Notes: generated by a model from the sequence alone, not told the origin. A stretch of DNA of 64,000 nt from a candidate division WWE3 bacterium RAAC2_WWE3_1 (GCA_000503835.1 CP006914.1:379909-443908); one strand, 5' to 3'. Shown: positions 18,426 to 28,669, counted from the stretch's first letter. Numbers and translations are program-made.

Positions 18426-19226
18426 ATGCCCACAGACAGCTCTGACTACTATGCCATTCTTGGTGTAGCGAAGAACGCACCCCTTGACGAGATTAAGGCC
18501 CAATACAAAAAGCTGGTAAAGGAAAACCACCCTGATCAGTACAACGGCCTCAAGTCCAGGTATGAGCAAAATGGAGACAACGCTCTCTTAAAGCTTATAA
18601 AGGAAAAAATCCTGGAATCAGAGAGGTTTTGTAAACTCCTCAATGAGGCCTTCGGCATGCTATCGGATCCTGTTAAGAGGAAGCAGTACGATGCACATAT
18701 TTTTGAACCCGTAATTGAGGCACCAAGGGTAATCGTATTTCCGAGACGACTTTCATTCGGAAATTTGCTGGAAGGTCAAAAAAAATCTTCTTTCTTTACA
18801 ATCAAAAATGAGGAAGGTCGTGCAGCATCCATCGATATTAATTGGGAAGGGGAAAAACCCGATTGGGGTGATCTAGTCGTCGAGCCAGATGAGAGCGCTA
18901 CATTTCCCATCAAAATTACAGTGGCTGTCAACACTACAGGAATCCCATCCGGTCAGAAAAGCGACAGGGTAGTGGTCATCGTAGACGGCGTAACGTTTGG
19001 GGTTGAGGTACTATTGAACGTTGAGAAAAGAGTGGAACTGCGTACAACACCCCCAACATACAGACCTTCCATAGCCACGCCTGCTGCAAGTACATTGGGG
19101 TCTATGACAACGCCAAGGAAACCCTCGAGATGGGTGATACCACTTATCCTCCTTCTGATAATGATTTGTGGCGGAGCGCTTATTGCTGATGTGCAGAACG
19201 GAATTGTCCTCCTAACCAACTGGTAA
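18426..19226 (+). CDS. J-domain (DnaJ-like) protein with Ig-like middle domain and C-terminal TM
   Basis: DYYAILGV..HPD..LNEAF..LSDP.KRKQYD; beta-rich domain; P/T-rich linker; TM; AGGAGG SD. Confidence 0.85.
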   Translation: MPTDSSDYYAILGVAKNAPLDEIKAQYKKLVKENHPDQYNGLKSRYEQNGDNALLKLIKEKILESERFCKLLNEAFGMLSDPVKRKQYDAHIFEPVIEAPRVIVFPRRLSFGNLLEGQKKSSFFTIKNEEGRAASIDINWEGEKPDWGDLVVEPDESATFPIKITVAVNTTGIPSGQKSDRVVVIVDGVTFGVEVLLNVEKRVELRTTPPTYRPSIATPAASTLGSMTTPRKPSRWVIPLILLLIMICGGALIADVQNGIVLLTNW

Positions 19227-19324
19227 CAACGGGTGACTCGGTTGGATTTATCCAATTCACAATCCAAAACCAGACGGGTATACCGAAAGCCACACACAGT
19301 ATTGCGGAAGGAGGTTAAACCATA

Positions 19325-19366
19325 CCCCCGAAATTTTTTAACCATGAAAATTTCGGGGGATTTTTT
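19325..19366 (+). terminator. Intrinsic terminator
   Basis: Perfect 13-bp stem CCCCCGAAATTTT/AAAATTTCGGGGG followed by ATTTTTT. Confidence 0.8.
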
Positions 19367-19531
19367 ATCACCCAGCAATTCCTGACCATCGGTAATCCCT
19401 CATACCCTAAATATTTTACTGACTACATCTGTGATGTGCCTTTTGGTAGTACCCTAAAAGAACTTACGAACTTACTTTTCTAACAAAAACCCTAGCATTC
19501 CAACCCCCTAATGTGCTAATATACTCAGGTC

Positions 19532-20431
19532 ATGCAAACAAAAATCGAAAAACTACCAAAGTCCACTATAAAAATTACCGTAACTGTTGACAATGACACC
19601 GTTAAAAAGGCGTACGAAAAAACTCTGGATAACGCCGTAAAAACAACAACCGTCGAGGGTTTTAGACCCGGAACAGCACCCAAAGACATGGTAAAAGAGA
19701 AGATAGGCCAGTCAAAACTCTATGGCGACACCATAAACGACATACTGGAGACTTACTACCCCCAGGCCCTGAAAGAGAATTTAATTAATCCTGTCTCCAA
19801 CCCGAAAGTTGAAATAAAAGAACTTGACCTCGAAAAAGACCTCGAATTTACCGCTACAGTGGCCGTCCGACCCGAAATGAAAATAGGGGAGTACAAGAAA
19901 AAACTTAAAGAAAAATTCGACCAGAAATGGGACGCCGCAGTAAAAGAATCGGAAAAGGCCAAAGCCGAAGGAAAAGAAGCTCACGAGCCTCATGTTCACA
20001 TGACAACAAACGATGTGCTGGAAACGTTGATGGCCGTAACCGACACCGAGATTTCCGAGATACTTCTGGAAGATGAAACCGATAGATTACTATCAAGATT
20101 TATGGATCAGGCACAATCAATCGGCCTGTCAGTTGAGCAGTATCTTAAATCCCAGAACAAAACAGGGGAACAGTTGAGAAGTGAGTACACAAAGATTGCC
20201 GAAAACAACATTAAAGCTGAATTCGTCCTCTCGGAATTAATAAAAATGGAAAACGTCGAGGTTTCGGATGAGGAAGTAGAAGATATGATAAAAGCAGCGG
20301 GAGATCCAAAACTGGTAAAAGCCGAGGATCCGATGCAGCGACTTTACATTAAGAGCATTTTGCAGAAAAATAAGCTTATTAGTAAGTTGGTTGAAGAAGC
20401 CGAAGGAAATAAACACCATGAGCATAAATAA
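19532..20431 (+). CDS. tig: Trigger factor (short form)
   Basis: Ribosome-binding motif VEGFRPGTAP; lies upstream of clpP; 299 aa. Confidence 0.9.
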   Translation: MQTKIEKLPKSTIKITVTVDNDTVKKAYEKTLDNAVKTTTVEGFRPGTAPKDMVKEKIGQSKLYGDTINDILETYYPQALKENLINPVSNPKVEIKELDLEKDLEFTATVAVRPEMKIGEYKKKLKEKFDQKWDAAVKESEKAKAEGKEAHEPHVHMTTNDVLETLMAVTDTEISEILLEDETDRLLSRFMDQAQSIGLSVEQYLKSQNKTGEQLRSEYTKIAENNIKAEFVLSELIKMENVEVSDEEVEDMIKAAGDPKLVKAEDPMQRLYIKSILQKNKLISKLVEEAEGNKHHEHK

Positions 20432-21029
20432 TAATACTTTGGTTCCTATAGTTGTAGAAAAAGAACCGAACGGAATGGAACGTTCGTACGATATCTATTC
20501 CCGCTTATTGAAGGACTTTATCGTCTTTGTAACAGGCGCCATAGATATGGGAGTAGCCAACACTTTTATTGCCCAGCTCCTGTTCCTGGAAAATCAGGAC
20601 CCCGACAGAGACATAAAAATATACATTAATAGCCCGGGAGGAGAAGTCTACGCCGGAATCGCTATGTACGACACAATAAAACACGTTAAAAACGACATCG
20701 TTACTATCAATGTCGGTCTTTCCGCCAGCGCCGCATCTTTATTGCTGGTCAGCGGAACAAAAGGAAAAAGGTACGCCTTGCCTAATACCTACTCCATGAT
20801 TCACCAGCCCATTATTTCAGGAGGTATGCAGGGTCAAACTACCGACATCGAGATAGAGGCTAAACACATGGTAGAGCTGAAGCACAAATTAGCTCAGATT
20901 ACGGCAGATAACGTAGGAAAACCTCTCGACGACGTACTGAAGGACATGGAAAGAGATTACTGGATGGGAGCAGATGAGACCTTGAAATACGGCTTGATTG
21001 ATAAGATAATGCAGCCTAAGAAGAAATAA
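20418..21029 (+). CDS. clpP: ATP-dependent Clp protease proteolytic subunit
   Basis: ERSYDIYSRLL, YINSPGG, catalytic SAS and IHQP; ATG 20418. Confidence 0.96.
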   Translation: MSINNNTLVPIVVEKEPNGMERSYDIYSRLLKDFIVFVTGAIDMGVANTFIAQLLFLENQDPDRDIKIYINSPGGEVYAGIAMYDTIKHVKNDIVTINVGLSASAASLLLVSGTKGKRYALPNTYSMIHQPIISGGMQGQTTDIEIEAKHMVELKHKLAQITADNVGKPLDDVLKDMERDYWMGADETLKYGLIDKIMQPKKK

Positions 21030-21070
21030 TGGGTTTCTCAGGAGGAAGTAACTCCTTTTCTTAGCGATAT

Positions 21071-21147
21071 GGGCGGTTAGCTCAGCTGGTTAGAGCGCCA
21101 CATTGACATTGTGGAGGTCATTGGTTCGAGTCCATTACCGCCCACCA
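21071..21147 (+). tRNA. tRNA-Val(GAC)
   Basis: GGGCGGT/ACCGCCC acceptor stem, CCACA-TT-GAC-AT-TGTGG anticodon arm, encoded CCA. Confidence 0.96.
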
Positions 21148-21169
21148 GTAAAAAACAAACTTACTCAAA

Positions 21170-21583
21170 ATGCAGGAAGATTTTTCTAACAATCTAGTTA
21201 AAACATATAAGTATTGGGATGTTTACGTTCACCAAAATCAGGGCTATTTGGGACGATGCGTCATCTGGTGCAAACGGGAAAACTCTTTGGATTTAACTGA
21301 CGCGACACCTCCCGAACAAAAAGAACTTTATATAATTCTAAATAAGCTCAAAAAAGCTTCAACCAAAGTTTTTAAGCCGGATTGGTTCAATTACTCATTC
21401 CTTGGTAACGAGACACGCCATCTGCACGGACATTTTATTCCCCGTTACTCAGAACCAAAAACATTTATGGGCGTCGTGTTTGAAGACAAATTGTACGGAC
21501 ATAATTACAAAACCGACTATAATTTTAAAACCTCACGCGAAGTGCTAATCGGAATAAGAGATGGTTTGAAATCAGCTTTATAG
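21170..21583 (+). CDS. HIT-family hydrolase
   Basis: LGNETRHLHGHFIPRY histidine triad. Confidence 0.88.
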   Translation: MQEDFSNNLVKTYKYWDVYVHQNQGYLGRCVIWCKRENSLDLTDATPPEQKELYIILNKLKKASTKVFKPDWFNYSFLGNETRHLHGHFIPRYSEPKTFMGVVFEDKLYGHNYKTDYNFKTSREVLIGIRDGLKSAL

Positions 21584-21606
21584 ATAACAGGAACAAACCT
21601 AAGACA

Positions 21607-24126
21607 CTACCCATTAGTTCTCGTAAAATATGCCTTCTTAACAACTTCGGATACTACAAAATAGGCTACGACCAACACACCCACGACTGCCAAGTTGTAA
21701 TAAGTGGGGGCAACAAAGTTAAACGATACCTGCCCTAAGATAGAGAAGGGTAGTGCTACTGTAACTACCACAGCAGTGATAGACAACAACACGAGTCCGG
21801 CAGATGCTGCCTTGGCTTTAAAGAACCATCCCTTTGTCCTAATCGAATAAATAAATGCCAGCTCAGTAAGAACTGAGGCAATAAACCAGTACGTCTGCAA
21901 AGTGCGCTCGCCTTTCCCAAAAAATAAGCCGAATACGGTTAGGTCGAACACGGTGCTCACCAAACCCAGCAAACTTGCAAGAACCGCAAACTGTTTCAAA
22001 TTAAATTTGGACGGTTTAGTCAACTCATTAGAATCCACAGTATCGCCTGAAATAGCGATCATCGGAAAATCGCTCAACAAATTAAGAAGCAGGAGTTGGA
22101 CGGGCAGCATCGGTAGAAAATCGATAAACAAAGTAGAAATAGCCACGGCATAAAAATTTCCGAAATTAGATGCTAACGTTGCGCGAATATATTTAGAAAC
22201 ATTCGCAAATACTTTGCGACCCTCGTGCACACCGTCTACTAAAACTTCCAAGCCTTTGTTCAGCAAAATAATGTCGGCAGATTCACGGGCAATGTCGCTG
22301 GCGTCTTTAACAACTATCCCGACGTTCGCGGCTTTCAATGCGGGAGCATCGTTTATCCCTTCACCCAAATACCCGACGGAATAAAAATTTTTTAAGGTAT
22401 TAATAATTTTATGTTTTTGCTCAGGCGAAACTCTGGCGAATACTTTATATTTTAAACACGCTTCGGCCAGGTCATTTGCAGATAAACCTTCCAGTTCCGT
22501 ACCTGTTATAACATCTTCCGGGGAGCGGGTTAATCCTGCTGAGTAAGCTACGGCTCCTGCAATTTCACGGCTGTCACCGGTCAATATTTTAATTTCGACC
22601 CCGAGCTTTTGTGCCTTTCGTACCGCCGCGACAGTAGTCTTTTTCAGAGGGTCGCTAAAAGAAATTAGACCGATGATTTCGAGCCCTGTTTCTTCAAAAC
22701 GCGGTTTATAATCCGAAGGCTTTTTCAATTTCTTCGCCGCAACGGCCAACACGCGCTCTCCCAATCTTCCTCTTACAGCTACCCATTTTAAAATTTTCTC
22801 CCGATCGTCTGCACCAATAGGCGCGTAATTAATTAAAATCTCAGGCGCCCCCCTTACAATTAATTCGTAACTTCCGCCCAGTTGAACAAGTACGCTATTT
22901 CTACGTCGGTCGGGGTCGAACGGAAGTTCTAATATCTTTGGAACTTTCTTCATAAGCTCCCGAGCTTTATCAGTAAGTTTCATGTGAATTGCCATGTCGA
23001 AAGAATTGTTTGCATTTTTCTTGTCTATAATATCGGAACTGCAAATTCCTCCGTAAAAAAGTGTTTTACCCATATCCGCTGACAACACTTCGCGCACTTC
23101 TAATTTGTTTTCCGTTAAAGTGCCGGTTTTGTCGGAACACAGAACTTCAATCGAACCAAGGTCTTCAATCGAAGCCAATCTTTTCACAACAACTTGCTTT
23201 TTAGCCAAATTCAGCGCACCGGTAGATAACGCAAATGTTGCTACTACAGGCAAAGCCTCCGGAATAACTGACACCGCTAACGCAATAGAAAATAGAGTAA
23301 GTTTTATTAAATCGGTTCCGCCCGGTTTTACAAAAATATTCAGTATAAAAACAAGGAGTAGGGTAGAGAAGACCAATTTTAAAATGAACCCGCTCAGTTT
23401 TCTTAATTCTTTTTCAAAAGCTCCCTCTCTTACGGTGTTTATTGCTAGTTCGGAAATCCTGCCGATTTGAGTTTCTTTTCCTACAGCAATAACGACTCCA
23501 CGCGCCTGTCCGGAAACAACGTGCGTTCCCGAAAAGAGTATGTTTTCCGCGAGAAATATGTGTCCGACATTTTTTTTCAAAGCTGCGGTACGTTTTCTAA
23601 CACTGACAGACTCGCCACTCAAAGCAGACTCGTCGACAGCAAAGTCATTAAGTGAAACAAGACGCACGTCCGCTGGGACAACATCTCCCGCTTCTAATAC
23701 TACGAGGTCCCCAACTACCAGCTCCTTAGTGTCCAGAGTTTTTATTATTCCTCCCCTTATGACGTGGGACTCAGCCGCAACAAACTTTCTCAGGAGCTGA
23801 ATTGTTTTTTCACTCCTGTACTCATGAAAAAACCCCAACCCACAGTTTATGACCACAAATATAATAATGAAGAAAGCATCGGTTCTTTCACCCAGCACGA
23901 GCGATATCAACGCGGCAAATAATAATAAATATATGAAGGACGATTGAACTTGTTTAAGAAGTATCCGAACCCAAGAAACCGTATTTTCACGGAGAGTGTT
24001 CGCACCGTACTTGGATAAATTAAAGCTAACCTGCTTTTGAGTTAAACCTCTCGTAACATCGCATCCCAATAGGGACACGGTCTTTTCAGGCGTAAGGGCA
24101 GTGAACTTGGAAAAGCGCATATACAT
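21607..24126 (-). CDS. P-type cation-transporting ATPase (MgtA-like)
   Basis: DESALSGES, PEALP, phosphorylation motif DKTGTLT, TGD, GEGINDAPALK, SNFGN; start may be ATG 24120. Confidence 0.92.
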   Translation of the reverse strand: MYMRFSKFTALTPEKTVSLLGCDVTRGLTQKQVSFNLSKYGANTLRENTVSWVRILLKQVQSSFIYLLLFAALISLVLGERTDAFFIIIFVVINCGLGFFHEYRSEKTIQLLRKFVAAESHVIRGGIIKTLDTKELVVGDLVVLEAGDVVPADVRLVSLNDFAVDESALSGESVSVRKRTAALKKNVGHIFLAENILFSGTHVVSGQARGVVIAVGKETQIGRISELAINTVREGAFEKELRKLSGFILKLVFSTLLLVFILNIFVKPGGTDLIKLTLFSIALAVSVIPEALPVVATFALSTGALNLAKKQVVVKRLASIEDLGSIEVLCSDKTGTLTENKLEVREVLSADMGKTLFYGGICSSDIIDKKNANNSFDMAIHMKLTDKARELMKKVPKILELPFDPDRRRNSVLVQLGGSYELIVRGAPEILINYAPIGADDREKILKWVAVRGRLGERVLAVAAKKLKKPSDYKPRFEETGLEIIGLISFSDPLKKTTVAAVRKAQKLGVEIKILTGDSREIAGAVAYSAGLTRSPEDVITGTELEGLSANDLAEACLKYKVFARVSPEQKHKIINTLKNFYSVGYLGEGINDAPALKAANVGIVVKDASDIARESADIILLNKGLEVLVDGVHEGRKVFANVSKYIRATLASNFGNFYAVAISTLFIDFLPMLPVQLLLLNLLSDFPMIAISGDTVDSNELTKPSKFNLKQFAVLASLLGLVSTVFDLTVFGLFFGKGERTLQTYWFIASVLTELAFIYSIRTKGWFFKAKAASAGLVLLSITAVVVTVALPFSILGQVSFNFVAPTYYNLAVVGVLVVAYFVVSEVVKKAYFTRTNG

Positions 24127-24226
24127 ATATTACTTTGGACTTTGTCTTTCCTCAATCACATTCCGGAACTTGAACAATCTGTCTGTTAGCTTTAAAGTGT
24201 ATGTGTATAAATTTCCGGAGGAATAT

Positions 24227-24604
24227 ATGGCAAAATTTGTAGCTAACATAATGAACGAAACAATGAGTAATGAAAATTTCCGAAAAGTTCTCGCGACAAA
24301 TAAATTTAGTCAGTTGGTCGTGATGGCACTGCAGCCGGGGGAAAATATCGGAATGGAAGTGCACACTGATGTAGATCAGTTTATTAGAATAGAACAGGGC
24401 ACCGGACAGGCAATACTCGACGGAGAAGTTTCCAACATTTCCGATGATTTTGCAGTTGTAATTCCTGCAGGAACAGAGCACGACATTATAAATACTTCCG
24501 ACACCAAACTAATGAAACTTTACACGATTTACAGTCCTGCTGAACACCCTGATGGTGTTGTTTTCCGAACTAAAGCAGAAGCCGAAGCAGCTCATCACGC
24601 GTAA
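24227..24604 (+). CDS. Cupin domain protein
   Basis: EVH..DQFIRIEQG and PAGTEH cupin motifs; GGAGG SD before ATG 24227. Confidence 0.88.
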   Translation: MAKFVANIMNETMSNENFRKVLATNKFSQLVVMALQPGENIGMEVHTDVDQFIRIEQGTGQAILDGEVSNISDDFAVVIPAGTEHDIINTSDTKLMKLYTIYSPAEHPDGVVFRTKAEAEAAHHA

Positions 24605-24683
24605 GATCGGGGTTGCGGCAAAAATATAAACTGTCCCTTCAATATTTTGATACATATGACATTTCTATGTATCATTAAAAGGT

Positions 24684-25571
24684 ATGAAATCTGCATGGTA
24701 TTACGTAAAGCTCGGGGTATTGATGGTAGTGCTGTTCTCCGAGACTTTTTTACTCACTACGATTATCAACATTTTTGTAAGTAGGGGGGATTTTTTTAAT
24801 ATAAACATCCCCTTCAGTCTGCAGGTTGTCGGCCTGATGACTGCTATTATTCTAACGTTCGCTCTTACCGTCGGAGCCTGGGATGTTTGGTACTTCAACA
24901 TTCTGACGCCGCTCGCGATTGCCGCGGGTATTATGGTTCCGCTTTTATCTGCCAACACCACCTATGCTTTAATTGCTGCGGGGGTAGCATTTATTATAAT
25001 GGCTGCCGAATCTTTTAGAAGCTACAAAATAAAAGCTTTGCTAATCAAGTTTGATTCGCTACTTGTATTAAGATTTGCAGTCAAGGGCATCTTGCTCGTT
25101 TTCAGCATACTGGCGGGTCTCATAATTATCCTGGATGCCAGCAATGTTAAAGAAATAGATTTCGGAAAATTAATTGCCGAAGTCGCAGAAAAACCGATAA
25201 AAAGCACGGTTAACTCGCAGCTACAGCAAACAATCGAGAGGCAAACCATTTACTCCGGTTACTCCGCGGAGGAAGTTCAAAAACTACTTGATGAGTATGG
25301 AATAGAAACGGGCACAGGAACAGAGTTAATTACAAACGACCTGGATATCAAATCCATGATACAAACTCAGGTTAATGACTTGATTGCCCCCTACAAAGAA
25401 CTTGTTAGGCCATTGATAGCGGTACTGGTTTTCGGATTATTCCAGCTTTACGCAACGGTAAGTTACGCCATTTACAGCTTACTTGTAGGATTATTCATAG
25501 CGGCAGCGAAAAAAACCGGCTTGTTGAAAACCGTTACTACAACTGTTGAGAAACAAGATCTTCAATTTTAA
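24684..25571 (+). CDS. Hypothetical multi-pass membrane protein
   Basis: 295 aa, about 6 hydrophobic segments. Confidence 0.75.
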   Translation: MKSAWYYVKLGVLMVVLFSETFLLTTIINIFVSRGDFFNINIPFSLQVVGLMTAIILTFALTVGAWDVWYFNILTPLAIAAGIMVPLLSANTTYALIAAGVAFIIMAAESFRSYKIKALLIKFDSLLVLRFAVKGILLVFSILAGLIIILDASNVKEIDFGKLIAEVAEKPIKSTVNSQLQQTIERQTIYSGYSAEEVQKLLDEYGIETGTGTELITNDLDIKSMIQTQVNDLIAPYKELVRPLIAVLVFGLFQLYATVSYAIYSLLVGLFIAAAKKTGLLKTVTTTVEKQDLQF

Positions 25572-26232
25572 CTGAATCTTCGACTCTATATTGACCAATC
25601 GCACTTCTGATGAGTGATTTTAGTACGCCTCCCGTCTTCAATTTTTCACCGAGCTCGTGTGCCAGCGACCGGACAAATGTACCTGACGAGCATCTGATTT
25701 TCATTGTCACTGCGGGCAAAGAAATTAATCCGGCGTCGGTCTCCAGTTCTTTTGACCCCATTTCAAGTATGTCTATAGACCGGATGGTTACTTTTTTAGT
25801 CTGTCTCGGGACTTCCACGCCTTTACGTGCCAGCTTATACATTTCTTTTCCCTGAATTTTCTTAGCAGAGTATGGAGGTACAGATTGTTCAATCTCACCC
25901 GTAAACATGGGCAGTATTTCTCTTAATTTTTCGAACAGCTCTTCACTTTTAGGTTCGGTATTCAGATGCGGCAATATTTCCAGATCGTAGGTGGGAGTTT
26001 CAGCACCGAACGCAATTTCGGCAATATACTCTTTTTCCATCTCCATAAACTTGGCCTGTTTTTGGGTGTCGTCATTAGTTAGGACTATGAGTACGCCTTC
26101 GGCCATGGGGTCGAGCGTGCCCGCGTGGCCGGCCTTCTTAAGCCTGAGAACACCTCTGGCTTTAGCTACAACGTCAAAGCTCGTCCAATTCTTAGGTTTA
26201 TAAATGTTTATAATCATCTGCGTCCCGTTCAT
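25537..26232 (-). CDS. truB: tRNA pseudouridine(55) synthase
   Basis: KP.NWTSFDVV, GHAGTLDP, PPYSA.K, CSSGTFVRSL; start uncertain. Confidence 0.95.
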   Translation of the reverse strand: MNGTQMIINIYKPKNWTSFDVVAKARGVLRLKKAGHAGTLDPMAEGVLIVLTNDDTQKQAKFMEMEKEYIAEIAFGAETPTYDLEILPHLNTEPKSEELFEKLREILPMFTGEIEQSVPPYSAKKIQGKEMYKLARKGVEVPRQTKKVTIRSIDILEMGSKELETDAGLISLPAVTMKIRCSSGTFVRSLAHELGEKLKTGGVLKSLIRSAIGQYRVEDSVKIEDLVSQQL

Positions 26233-26333
26233 CTTTATACCACGACCGGGCTTTTGCAAGTAAGTCCAACCGCCAAACCATATATTTTTTGCTAAGATGT
26301 CTTATAATAGATTAATTGCTATAGGAGCAAGGT

Positions 26334-28133
26334 ATGGCTAAAGAAAAAGTAATAGACAAATTAAAAAATGATCCGCTGATGCCTTTGCGTCACTCCGCTG
26401 AGCATGTTCTTCATACAGCGGTGGAGAAGGTTTTCCCCGGAGCGAAAAAAGTCATGGGACCGCCTATTGAAAACGGTTTTTATTGCGACTTTGACTACGA
26501 CGGCAAGATAAACGAAGAAGACTTTCCAAAAATCGAGCAGGTAATGCAGGAAATTATCGACGCCGAACTCCCGGTTAAAAAACACACTTTATCTGCCGAC
26601 GAAGCAAAAAAAATATTTAAAGACAACCCTTTCAAACTGGAGCTTATTGAAGAACACTCTAAAGACAGTGAAAAGCTTACTTTCTATACATTCGGAGAAG
26701 AAGGAGATAAATATTACGATATCGACCTGTGCGCCGGGCCCCACGTGGACAATACAAGAGAAATAAAAGCATTCAAACTACTAAGCGTGGCCGGAGCCTA
26801 CTGGAGAGGGAACGAGAAAAATAAAATGCTTGTGAGAATTTACGCCACTGCCTTCGACACCAAAGAGAAATTAGACGCTTATCTTGAACTTTTGGAAGAA
26901 CAAAAAAGACGCGACCACAGAAAACTTGGAAAAGATCTTGAGATCTTCACTATCAGTGAAGAAGTAGGTCCCGGTCTCCCGTTATGGCTCCCGAATGGGG
27001 CAATAATGAAGGAAGAGCTCGAAAAGTGGGGGAAACAAACAGAGGATGACTGGGGATACAAAAGAGTATCCACACCCTTCATGACCAAACGTACTCTCTT
27101 CGAAATATCCGGTCACGTTCCTTACTTCGAAGAAGAAATGTATAAGGTGGAAATTCCCGGAGAAGGTGAAGAGGAGTATTTCATAAAACCCATGAACTGT
27201 CCCTTTCATCATTTAATCTACAAGTCGAAACCGCGCAGTTATAGAGACCTCCCATTAAGACTCGCCGAGTACGGGACAGTCGCGAGGTACGAAAACCGTG
27301 GTTCCCTTAACGGTATTTTAAGACCCAGGGTTTTTACTCAAAACGATGCGCATGTTTACTGCTCCGAAGAACAGGCAATTGACGTTTTTGTGGAGATAAT
27401 GGATCTGCACAGGTATTACTACGACAAACTCGGTTTAAAAGACTACCGCGTTGTCCTGGGACTTCCTGACCCCGAGATAAGGGGTAAGTATCACGGAGAC
27501 AAGGAGATGTGGGAAAAGGCCGAAAAAATGTCCAGGACGGCTCTGGAAAAAGCCGGAGTAGATTATGAGGAAGAGATTGGCGGTGCGGCTCACTACGGCC
27601 CCAAAATGGACTTAAAAATAAGGTCGGCGATAGGAAACGAGTACGCGATTTCCACTAATCAAATAGATTTGTACATGCCGGGAAGATTTGGCCTCACGTT
27701 CACCGACAAGGATGGAAAAGAGAAACCTGTAGTCGTTCAGCACCGCGCACCTTTGGGTTCCGACGAGCGTTTTATCGGGTTTCTGCTTGAACAGTTCGCC
27801 GGGAACATGCCTGTCTGGTTATCACCGGTCCAGATAGTAATAATACCCATCGGCGAAAAACACCACGAATACGCCGCCTCGCTTGAAAAAGTACTAAAAG
27901 AGGAGGGCTTGAGAGCTCAGACAGACAACAGAAGCGAACCCATGAACGCAAGGATTAGAGACGCACAGATGATGAAAATCCCTTACATGTTGATTGCAGG
28001 CGATAAAGAGGTAGAATCAGAAACGGCCAGTGTCCGCTTAAGGACGGGCGAAAACCTGGGTCCGGTCAAAACAAGCGAAATAATAAGCAAGGTCAAGGAA
28101 ATATATTTGACCAGAGACCTATCTTTATGGTAA
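26334..28133 (+). CDS. thrS: Threonine--tRNA ligase (no N-terminal TGS domain)
   Basis: RHSAEH and DLCAGPH editing motifs, RDHRKLG, KPMNCPFH. Confidence 0.97.
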   Translation: MAKEKVIDKLKNDPLMPLRHSAEHVLHTAVEKVFPGAKKVMGPPIENGFYCDFDYDGKINEEDFPKIEQVMQEIIDAELPVKKHTLSADEAKKIFKDNPFKLELIEEHSKDSEKLTFYTFGEEGDKYYDIDLCAGPHVDNTREIKAFKLLSVAGAYWRGNEKNKMLVRIYATAFDTKEKLDAYLELLEEQKRRDHRKLGKDLEIFTISEEVGPGLPLWLPNGAIMKEELEKWGKQTEDDWGYKRVSTPFMTKRTLFEISGHVPYFEEEMYKVEIPGEGEEEYFIKPMNCPFHHLIYKSKPRSYRDLPLRLAEYGTVARYENRGSLNGILRPRVFTQNDAHVYCSEEQAIDVFVEIMDLHRYYYDKLGLKDYRVVLGLPDPEIRGKYHGDKEMWEKAEKMSRTALEKAGVDYEEEIGGAAHYGPKMDLKIRSAIGNEYAISTNQIDLYMPGRFGLTFTDKDGKEKPVVVQHRAPLGSDERFIGFLLEQFAGNMPVWLSPVQIVIIPIGEKHHEYAASLEKVLKEEGLRAQTDNRSEPMNARIRDAQMMKIPYMLIAGDKEVESETASVRLRTGENLGPVKTSEIISKVKEIYLTRDLSLW

Positions 28134-28162
28134 TTTATTGCAGTTATGGGAGGAAATAGGCT

Positions 28163-28669
28163 ATACAGAACCAACACATTTTAAACGATAGGATAAGAGT
28201 CCGACAGCTGGTGGTAATTGATGAGGAAGGCAAGAATTTAGGGGTTTTGGACACATTCAAAGCTTTAAATATTGCGAGAGAAAGGGAACTTGATTTGCTC
28301 TTGGTGGCTCCGAACGCGCAGATTCCGGTAGCCAAGATTGTGGACTACTCTAAGTTCCTCTACGAAGAAAGAAAGAAACTGAGCGCGGCAAGAGTGAAAA
28401 GCAAAAAAAGTGAGCTCAAAGAACTGAGGTTCGGTCCGCATACGGACGAAGGTGATCTGAACAGATACATCGAAAGAGCCAAAGAGTTTCTGAGCGACGG
28501 GAACAGGGTGAAGATAACGATAAAAATGCGGGGTAGGGAAGGCATATTTCCCGAAGTTGCGTTTGAAAAATTAAAAAAAGTAGAAGAAGGTTTGACTGAA
28601 AACGGAAAGATAGAATCTCCGCCCAAAAGGATGGGTCAAATGGTCTGGGAGATATTCATTCCTAGATGA
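28163..28669 (+). CDS. infC: Translation initiation factor IF-3 with non-canonical ATA start
   Basis: Frame extends upstream of GTG 28211 as IQNQHILNDRIRVRQL; GGAGGA SD; in-frame TAG at 28157. Confidence 0.92.
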   Translation: MQNQHILNDRIRVRQLVVIDEEGKNLGVLDTFKALNIARERELDLLLVAPNAQIPVAKIVDYSKFLYEERKKLSAARVKSKKSELKELRFGPHTDEGDLNRYIERAKEFLSDGNRVKITIKMRGREGIFPEVAFEKLKKVEEGLTENGKIESPPKRMGQMVWEIFIPR

